DNA of 39,015 nt from a virus. Lineage: Duplodnaviria > Caudoviricetes. This document shows, piece by piece, positions 32,801 to 39,015 of the stretch (position 1 is its first letter; each line of letters begins with the position of its first letter). The position numbers and the translations under genes are program-made. The notes under the pieces are model-generated. The model saw only the letters and a list, made by a program, of their open reading frames with translations, was not told the origin of the DNA and ran no database searches. The DNA lies in IMG/VR virus record IMGVR_UViG_3300046000_002084, positions 1-39,015 of that record; one strand, 5' to 3'.

Positions 32801-35664
32801 GAATTGTTATGGAAATAACAAACCCTGCTGGAACAAAAGGAATTTTCCCAATTGGTATGAGAGTTGAAACAACTGGAAAAATTGCAGCAGGAGAAGCCGA
32901 ATGGCTTCTTCCACGTAATACAAAATTTACGGTAACCGAAGTAAGTGGCAATAAAATTAAAGTTGTTGTCTCAAGCGGTATTAAAGGCAAAGCATTAAGT
33001 CCAGAAGCAATTATTGCTGCTCGATATGCTAGCGAAATTCGTAGTGCAGAACTACTGATTGCTAAAGCATCCCAGACTATCAATACTCTTGCTCCTGAAA
33101 TTAATGACCTAGATGCAATTATTGCAGCAAAGTATGCAAAAATTGGTCAGGTTCTCGAAGAACTTGGACCTAAGATTAAGAAGCGTGGAGAGATATTCTC
33201 TGTTGCTGAAGGTCGCTATGAGAAGAAGCCATTACTTCCAGAGATGGAAACAATTGTTTTGAGTAATGGTCAAGCAATTGAAATGCCTTCTATGCGTAAT
33301 CGTAATTATCTTGGTGATGGTTACTTCAGCGAAATTTCAAGCAACAATACAAGAACAATTGAAATTCTTGGTAACAAGGCAACTGTAGCAAAGTTTAATA
33401 CAATCTTTAGAAATGGTCCACAGACTATTACTAATGTTGCAGACCCTATGTATTTTGATGAGTTGGCTTATGTAGTCAACAATTTTATGCGTGGAGATAT
33501 GCTAGTTGACCAGGTTCTTGCTGGTAACTCACGAGAAACTATCCTTGCTTGGGCTGCTAGCAACCGAGGTAAGTCTTATGCAAGTTCAATGGGTCGTCCA
33601 ATTGACCAGTTGACTGATATGGTTGATGAAGCATTCTCATATGTCAATCGTTACCTTCCAACCAAGGACGCACAACTACTTGCCGCTGCAGGTCCTGTCA
33701 GGAAAACTGACCTAGAACAACTACTTGGTGACAAGTTGGACCAGATGGTTGGTATTCAACCAATAGATATTCCATACGGAAATCCTACTGGTCTTATTAA
33801 GGCTACTAATCAAGCAATCGACGCATCGATGGCAAATGCTTGGAAGTTTTTACTAAAGCCAGAAAACTTAATTCGTGAAGTTTACGGAACAATTGATTTC
33901 TCTAAGCGTATGACTGAAAAAGCAAATATGCTTGTTGCTCAGGGCAGAGAAGTAACGCTTGCAACAATTTTATCTATGCGTCAATCAGTTGCAGCCGAAA
34001 TGGTTGATAACATTAGCAATACGTTTTATACAATCCCACGTCAACAGCGTGGTTTATATCTTGCAAGAGCCTTATCCACATTTCCTAATGCTGCTGCATC
34101 TGGTATCTATCGTTATGGTGGGTTTGCTGTTAAGCAACCTGGACGTATGGGTGGATTCCTTAACAGTTACTATGGTTTATACAACTCATTTGGCATAGAT
34201 AAGTATGGTAATCCAGTTGAGAACCCAATGGATGCTGAGTTTCTTCTTATTCCTGGTACAAAGGAAATGGGATTTAACGACGGCAAGGGTATAATTATTA
34301 GTTCCCGTGCAACTAACTTTATTGCTAACCTACCTGGACCATCCTACCTAGTACCTCTTGCTATTGGGCGTGCTTTATCTTGGAAAGTAAGCACCGAAGA
34401 TGAAATTAAAAAGTCTATTGACAAAACAGTCGGAAAAATTCCTGGATATTCATATGATGAGTTATTCCCATTTGGAATTGAAACAGATTTAAAGACTCAA
34501 CTAGGTCGTACATTTACACCTGCTTGGGCACGTAACCTAACAACTGCTTTGAATAAAAGCACAACAGATGAGATGTGGGTTAATTCTTTATTATCTGAAG
34601 CCACACGTCAACAGATTCTTCACGAAATGAAGATAGGTCCTAAGCCTACAGAAGAAAGCATTCGTAAGGGTACAGAGAGTATCTACCTACGTAAATTCCG
34701 TACACAATTCTTCTCTCTACTTGGTACACCTCAGTATGTTGAGTCTCGTCCAGATGCATTGTTCTCTGATTACTACTATATGTTGTATGACAAGTACAAG
34801 GCTAAGAAAGACCCTAAGACTGGTAAGCCTCTTACTGAAATGCAAGCATCTACTCTTGCAGAAGATGAATTTCAAAAGCAAATGCGTCTTGCAGGTGGGG
34901 CTGACTTCCCAGTGGACCGTCTATTTACTGGCGGTGCACGAGATAAGGTTGCATATTTTCCACCAAGCCAGAAGGCTTACAGCCGTATCTATGAAGATTT
35001 CTCTGGTCTTGCTAAGAAACTAGAACGTCTTGACCCATCACTTGTTGGTTTGATGACTGCTGACCTACCAAGAGATTACAATATTCAGGTTAGTAAGTTT
35101 CTTAATGACCCTAATGCAACTCTTCCTGGCGGAACTATTCTTAACTCACAACTTAAGACACCACAAATGGTTGAGGATGAACTCACTAAGTCACGCCTTT
35201 GGAAGGCTTACACAGGATTTAAAGATGATTTAAATGCTGCAGCCAAAAAGGCTGGATATAGTAGTTATCTTAGTGTTCCAGAATTAAAGGACCAACTTAG
35301 AGAATATGCCGAAACATTGGGCGCCGTAAGCGCTCCTTGGTTCCTTGAATATGGTGGTGGCGGAGCCGCTAAAGATAGCGCTTATTACCAATCTGTTGGC
35401 ATTAAGACACTTGTAAATGATAAAGACTTTATGAAGAAGTTTGGAAACACGCAGTTCTGGACTCACGCTAAAGCATTTATTGAATACAGAGATTCATTTG
35501 GCAAGGCTCGACTAGATGCACCAACAGGATACAAGGGTGCGATTGAAGAGCAATGGCAACTCTATCTTGAAGGAACTCTTTCTCTATGGGACCCAACCTT
35601 ACAAAGAATGATTACACGCTACTACAGCAATGATAGTTTAAATATAAAGGAGCCTAAGAAGTGA
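29887..35664 (+). CDS. Large internal virion (ejection-type) protein with ADP-ribosyltransferase insert
   Basis: 1925 aa, helical; GGAGG RBS; lies in the virion module; ART motifs at about aa 865-1030. Confidence 0.8.
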   Translation: MPVWEDFINSVKGAAKGIASLPGALIGNVATSGAQFGAAQTFKGSPEAAAAAGIAAETGTQKSLQKAGLSTVQDTTAKVVDPILYTAQKAEEYVFSPIIARPISTAFLLTDPSSRLYKSGEYGKGFQPSDVIDAYERSKKVSLGVSMLKSYISPLGAFESLILKNGGIDVADVDLWDDVQIQKNFEENTLGRWITGTNDFLIKNIAINVAGAGLAAGVRASALKAGLNTRFRAGDVDAMPKAEDLINQHIAFRKSGGTEGNLTVFGQDIEKLAASKNDIEIKEILKNHTTVTPNIVKLIKDTESSEVVRDFILAGKGYAPAIERLASAGMRDDLWVLGDGNLVIQGNYAATGQLPKLTPENSARVLGAFDDAIKKNPKHQEIYDAFLKEVEDPSTGIVSTEPTFFGKNYKPAEPILGRKGYAAARSRKQDIGLAVAQRDFSNAGGFTQTVLQSKYLNGPTTVLIRTLGTMMPKGFITNSGIRPQNGIDELIATFDDVPLFTRGNKMIVNHENIPMTVSQYRLEIIDKFVSAKTDGDRAAMINNLNTELARSIAFTRGFTDTNVIDTFVSNLMKDVYTVHGDLKRMGTALDPSGTRLQVAPKTQAQLANSMPMLPFGELDRMLARAASREKNIVTGGIQTAGGVARDSMRGIFELGNKAFSISALYRFSYIPKNSIFEPLLAATMAEGSKFFTTMFGAAAKQIIKNDVNFVIRNIEKSKTILPNAKNEIQKEIKALAQQYNTAITNRDITYAKYEQLFADVPGVSPATKREWADVVKEDLRAAEKMVDFLEVKLNKYTVEYGKPIDVPSLYNLKRRVETLKNIGKQTTEVQPKEIIAPIITDENSIVLLLNSQRSKGFTVENYKQYEDSLINYTNGSGDYSLVNTVLRGGYNAGAKETVKVNKIVGDLDFLISKAPVLETPITTFRGMSSDRFSKEYLDNLRDLKPGDTFVEKSFSSTDIKEAVGKRFARDNGIVMEITNPAGTKGIFPIGMRVETTGKIAAGEAEWLLPRNTKFTVTEVSGNKIKVVVSSGIKGKALSPEAIIAARYASEIRSAELLIAKASQTINTLAPEINDLDAIIAAKYAKIGQVLEELGPKIKKRGEIFSVAEGRYEKKPLLPEMETIVLSNGQAIEMPSMRNRNYLGDGYFSEISSNNTRTIEILGNKATVAKFNTIFRNGPQTITNVADPMYFDELAYVVNNFMRGDMLVDQVLAGNSRETILAWAASNRGKSYASSMGRPIDQLTDMVDEAFSYVNRYLPTKDAQLLAAAGPVRKTDLEQLLGDKLDQMVGIQPIDIPYGNPTGLIKATNQAIDASMANAWKFLLKPENLIREVYGTIDFSKRMTEKANMLVAQGREVTLATILSMRQSVAAEMVDNISNTFYTIPRQQRGLYLARALSTFPNAAASGIYRYGGFAVKQPGRMGGFLNSYYGLYNSFGIDKYGNPVENPMDAEFLLIPGTKEMGFNDGKGIIISSRATNFIANLPGPSYLVPLAIGRALSWKVSTEDEIKKSIDKTVGKIPGYSYDELFPFGIETDLKTQLGRTFTPAWARNLTTALNKSTTDEMWVNSLLSEATRQQILHEMKIGPKPTEESIRKGTESIYLRKFRTQFFSLLGTPQYVESRPDALFSDYYYMLYDKYKAKKDPKTGKPLTEMQASTLAEDEFQKQMRLAGGADFPVDRLFTGGARDKVAYFPPSQKAYSRIYEDFSGLAKKLERLDPSLVGLMTADLPRDYNIQVSKFLNDPNATLPGGTILNSQLKTPQMVEDELTKSRLWKAYTGFKDDLNAAAKKAGYSSYLSVPELKDQLREYAETLGAVSAPWFLEYGGGGAAKDSAYYQSVGIKTLVNDKDFMKKFGNTQFWTHAKAFIEYRDSFGKARLDAPTGYKGAIEEQWQLYLEGTLSLWDPTLQRMITRYYSNDSLNIKEPKK
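32480..32975 (+). other. VIP2-like (R-S-E clade) ADP-ribosyltransferase domain
   Basis: YT....Y..VN..LR; TFRG (R925); FSSTD (S956-T957); EAEWLLPR (E1003, E1005). Confidence 0.88.
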
Positions 35665-36755
35665 CACCAATACCAACGCCTCCAGTTATTGTTGTTCCCA
35701 AAAAGGAAACCAAGGGTCCTAAGATTACTTATATCTGGATGCCAGATGCAAAGGGTAACTTAGTCAAGGCTGATGCATCTATAGTCAAGAAGTCTTTTGC
35801 TAAACTACCAGGTAGTGCACAGGTTGCTCTTACTCAGTATCTACTTACTATTGCTAATAAGCAACCAACCGATGTTGCTCGTCAGGCTTTATGGAATGAT
35901 ATTGTAGATGGTGCTATTGCATCATTTAAAGAAGGCAAGAAGCAAAGTCCTTGGGATGTTTTAGATGTTCTAACAAAGAACTCTCCAGCAATGACTGGCG
36001 AAAGTGCAACTTATACAGAGTACGACCCAATTACATCAGAAGCATTGTTAAATCAAATTGCTAAGACTATTGGTTTTGATGTAAGTCAACTTTCTGCTGT
36101 AGACAAAACAGAGTTCTTTAATAAGTTAAACACAGAGGCTAAGGCTTCTGGTAAATCAACTACTCGTAAGGCTGCCACTGGTGGTATGGAGACAGTTATA
36201 ACTCCATCACTGTTTAATGCTAAAGACTTTACAGAGTCATTCTTATGGGCAAAAGTAAATCTAGGTGATACAACTAAGTTGCCATCTAGTGCAATTGCTA
36301 AGATTTCTTCAATCAATGCTTTGCTAAAGGCAAATGGAATATCTGATTATAGCAAAAAAGAAATTGATGCTTTTGGTATAGCGCTTGCTTCAGGTACTAA
36401 AACTGTTGATGAGTTTAAAAATCAATTTGCAGCCAAGGCTGCAGCACGTTACCCACTATTTGCAAAGAGATTACAAGATACTCCTGGCTTAACTGTTATG
36501 GATGTTGTAGAACCATACATCACACAAATGGCTAAGTATTGGGAAGTTGACCCTAGCACTATTGACCTAGACAATCCAGACCTTGACAAGTTTGTACGTC
36601 CAGATGGAACAGCAGGAAATGTACCAATGGGTTCAATCTCTGACTGGGTAACATATTTAAAGAATCATCCCAACTCAGAAAAAGCAAGTTGGTCTAAAGA
36701 TTTAGCACGCGACTCCGCGATAGGTGTTGCATCAGCGATGGGATTTGGAGTATAA
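35661..36755 (+). CDS. Putative internal virion protein
   Basis: 364 aa; AAGGAG RBS with GTG start; position. Confidence 0.7.
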   Translation: MTPIPTPPVIVVPKKETKGPKITYIWMPDAKGNLVKADASIVKKSFAKLPGSAQVALTQYLLTIANKQPTDVARQALWNDIVDGAIASFKEGKKQSPWDVLDVLTKNSPAMTGESATYTEYDPITSEALLNQIAKTIGFDVSQLSAVDKTEFFNKLNTEAKASGKSTTRKAATGGMETVITPSLFNAKDFTESFLWAKVNLGDTTKLPSSAIAKISSINALLKANGISDYSKKEIDAFGIALASGTKTVDEFKNQFAAKAAARYPLFAKRLQDTPGLTVMDVVEPYITQMAKYWEVDPSTIDLDNPDLDKFVRPDGTAGNVPMGSISDWVTYLKNHPNSEKASWSKDLARDSAIGVASAMGFGV

Positions 36756-38104
36756 TGGCTATCAATACACGAATGATGGTTGATGGTGAGGGTCTTAATT
36801 CTCCCGTTTTAACTCCAGCGCAGTTACAAGCAGCAGTTGCTAAACAAGGTGCAGGCAAACCACTTACTAATCTAGAAAAAGAAACACTAGGACTGCCCCC
36901 ATCTGCCCCAACTGCTCAAGCAGCACCAGTAAAAACTGTAACTAAAACTGAGGAACAAATTGCTGCTTACGATAATGCTAAAGCATTAGCACAGTCATTT
37001 GTTGATACTTATGGCGGACAGTTATCTGATTATTTTGATGCAGCCACTGGAAAAGTAACCAGACCAACTGATACTGTTATTAAGAAAAAGTTAACACCAA
37101 CTCCAGTTGGAACACCTGTAGTGACACCCGTAGTAACACCTGTGGTAACTCCTGTAGTAACACCTGTAGCACCTCTACCACCAACTGATACTGGTCCTAC
37201 TTTAGCATCAGATGTATTTAAACAAACACTTGGTGTTTTCTTTGGTCCAACAGAGATGGCTAAGCCTTGGGCTAACGAACTCTACAAGGCTGTATCTAAA
37301 TTTTATAAACAAGGTGCAACTTCAGAAGAAGCATTCAATATGGCTCTTCTTGAGTCTGAAACCAACCCGTTGATGACTGACTTTACTAAGCGATTCAAAG
37401 GTATCTTTGCTCTTCAGAAGATGAAACAAGCAGGTAAGGCAGTTACTGTGCCAACTATTGCTGAATATTTTAAAACAGAATCTAAGATGGGTGAATTTCT
37501 TAAAGCGTCTAACTTAGGTGATTTGGCTAATGAAGACTTTCTTGGAGACGTTCTTGGTAAGGGTGTATCTGCTACAGAATTTGGCAATAGAATTACACAG
37601 ATTTTTGATAGAATTGATAACGCCCCTGCTGCAACTAAGAAAACTCTTCAAAGATTCTTTCCATATCTTGATAGAACCGCATTGGCTAGAACTCTTGCCT
37701 TGGGTGATAAAGGTGCAACGATGTTACAGCAAGAAATTGCTGGATATGAAGTTCTTTCTGCTGCAGAATTCCAGGGTCTTGGACTATCTAAAGAATTACC
37801 TAGCGGAATTAGCGTTGAGCAAGCAGCCGATATTGCTAAGGGTGGCGGCACATACGCCAGCACATTAGGACAATTTGGACAGATTGCTAGAGCACGAGAG
37901 ACAGAACAGAAACTTGCTGAAATTTCAGGGATGAAATCACTAGGAGTTACTGGTCTAACAAAGGCTGTTATCGGCAAATCTGCCGAAGAACTTAAGAAAC
38001 TAGAAGATTTAACTCAACAAGAAGAAGCACGCTTTAGTGGTAAGGCTGGAACCATTGGTTCTAAGAGCCTTGCATCACAATCAAGAGCAAACCGCGTAAT
38101 CTAA
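36755..38104 (+). CDS. Putative internal virion protein
   Basis: 449 aa; TPVV repeat linker; TAATG coupling. Confidence 0.7.
   Translation: MAINTRMMVDGEGLNSPVLTPAQLQAAVAKQGAGKPLTNLEKETLGLPPSAPTAQAAPVKTVTKTEEQIAAYDNAKALAQSFVDTYGGQLSDYFDAATGKVTRPTDTVIKKKLTPTPVGTPVVTPVVTPVVTPVVTPVAPLPPTDTGPTLASDVFKQTLGVFFGPTEMAKPWANELYKAVSKFYKQGATSEEAFNMALLESETNPLMTDFTKRFKGIFALQKMKQAGKAVTVPTIAEYFKTESKMGEFLKASNLGDLANEDFLGDVLGKGVSATEFGNRITQIFDRIDNAPAATKKTLQRFFPYLDRTALARTLALGDKGATMLQQEIAGYEVLSAAEFQGLGLSKELPSGISVEQAADIAKGGGTYASTLGQFGQIARARETEQKLAEISGMKSLGVTGLTKAVIGKSAEELKKLEDLTQQEEARFSGKAGTIGSKSLASQSRANRVI
37112..37174 (+). repeat. 12-nt coding repeat (TPVV)x5
   Basis: ACACCTGTAGTG/ACACCCGTAGTA/ACACCTGTGGTA/ACTCCTGTAGTA/ACACCTGTAGCA. 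Confidence 0.85.
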
Positions 38105-38114
38105 AAATAGAATC

Positions 38115-38197
38115 CCAACGGACCCACCAGCCCCGTTGGCGTATAAGACTGGTAGTAAGAGCCAGACCATTTCCCCGAATGGAACCTGAGGCTTGCG
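38115..38197 (+). ncRNA. Structured leader upstream of scaffold-capsid genes
   Basis: CCAACGG/CCGTTGG stem; loop ACCAG is complementary to downstream CTGGT; AGCC/GGCT encloses CCATT/AATGG. Confidence 0.5.
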
Positions 38198-38228
38198 AAC
38201 TAACTACGAATAGAAGGGTGGCGTTGCT

Positions 38229-38708
38229 ATGAGCAACAACTACTGGGACGACGAAGACGATGACCTAGATACAATCGAAGAAGCACCGATGGATGGAAGC
38301 GACTTACTTAAAAAGTTGCGTAAAGCCAAGCGTGCTGACGAGAAGCGTATTAAGGAACTCACTGAGCAACTTGAGGGATTTTCCAAGACGCAGCGTGAGG
38401 CTACTGTCAAGTCAGTACTAGAAAAGAAGGGCGTCAATCTTAAAGCAGCCCGTTTAGTAATGAAGGACTTGGATGACATTAACGAAGAATCAGTTTCTAA
38501 CTGGCTCGACGAGAATGCAGACTTGTTCGGACTAACGGTTAACGAAGATAGTTCTAAGGTAAGCCAAGAAGACCGCGCTGCATTACGCAACCAGGACTTG
38601 GTTACACAGAACGCTATGACCCCTGACCGAGCAAATGATATTGAATACAGAATGCAACAGGCTACGTCTGAAGAAGACATTCTTTCAATCTTGCGCTCAC
38701 AACAATAA
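38229..38708 (+). CDS. Capsid scaffolding protein
   Basis: Acidic N-terminus, coiled coil, immediately before the capsid gene. Confidence 0.8.
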   Translation: MSNNYWDDEDDDLDTIEEAPMDGSDLLKKLRKAKRADEKRIKELTEQLEGFSKTQREATVKSVLEKKGVNLKAARLVMKDLDDINEESVSNWLDENADLFGLTVNEDSSKVSQEDRAALRNQDLVTQNAMTPDRANDIEYRMQQATSEEDILSILRSQQ

Positions 38709-38741
38709 TATCCGTTCATAGTCACTTGGAGGTGACCGCGT

Positions 38742-39015
38742 ATGTCAAATGCATACACATCCACAGGCTCTACCACTCTTGGTGGTACAGTCGGCGGTGC
38801 AGGTCTTGTACAGAAGGCGTATGACCGTCTTCTTGAGTTCGCTCTCCGCGCCGAACCACTAATTCGTTCAGTCGCAGACAAGACACCAGCACAGCAATCA
38901 ATCCCAGGTTCAACAGTAGTTCTACAGAAGTACGTTGACCTAAACGCAGTAACAGACACACTTACAGAGACTGTTGACCCAGATGCAGTAGCATTGTCAA
39001 CACCTAACACAGTTA
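38742..39015 (+). CDS. Major capsid protein, 5' part (true start; continues at position 1)
   Basis: GGAGG at 38728-38732, ATG at 38742 (MSNAYTSTGSTTLGG...). It follows the scaffold gene and the frame is open across the join. Joined length 1200 nt = 399 aa. Confidence 0.92.
   Translation, partial: MSNAYTSTGSTTLGGTVGGAGLVQKAYDRLLEFALRAEPLIRSVADKTPAQQSIPGSTVVLQKYVDLNAVTDTLTETVDPDAVALSTPNTV
38776..39015. repeat. Right copy of terminal overlap
   Basis: Starts CTCTTGGTGGTACAG and ends CCTAACACAGTTA, as does 1-240. Confidence 0.97.

Noticed and set aside
32520-33083. 187-aa minus-strand ORF as an antitoxin to the ART
   Set aside because: Exact antisense of the ART coding frame, with no supporting RBS or protein features.
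38240-39010. 256-aa minus-strand ORF
   Set aside because: Antisense to the scaffold and capsid genes; no recognisable motifs.
38776-39015. Biological direct terminal repeat
   Set aside because: It falls inside the capsid gene, and the copies diverge synonymously after exactly 127 nt. This fits an assembly overlap between strains.

Overview
The window is an essentially complete, circularly assembled lytic tailed-phage genome of about 38,775 bp. Bases 1-240 recur at 38776-39015, and the major capsid gene runs across the join. A WhiB gene, an actinobacterial-type transglycosylase and an M15-like endolysin, together with moderate GC by eye, suggest a low-GC freshwater actinobacterial (acI/Nanopelagicales-like) host; this is inference. 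The absence of a tape measure or tail tube and the presence of large ejection-type proteins point to a podovirus-like virion. Layout: (i) + strand late module 24738-39015/1-13304 (terminase, portal, HslV-like protease, internal virion proteins, scaffold, capsid, Lys-rich microproteins, adaptor, duplicated fibres, glycosyltransferase, nozzle-like protein, lysis genes); (ii) + strand replication module 13614-19632 (split Cas4-like nuclease, DnaB-like helicase, resolvase, split primase, sigma factor; no DNA polymerase or integrase recognised); (iii) - strand early module 23973-19551 of microproteins plus WhiB. The most unusual signals are non-coding. Three covarying tRNA-like mini-cloverleafs punctuate the early operon, two of them with an embedded -35/-10 and an upstream CRP-consensus box. 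An extended Shine-Dalgarno GACAGGAG precedes eight early genes, and a 17-bp hairpin in the replication leader displays its exact complement in the loop. In addition, a VIP2-like ADP-ribosyltransferase domain is inserted in the 1925-aa putative ejected protein. All calls were made by reading the sequence; no searches were run.
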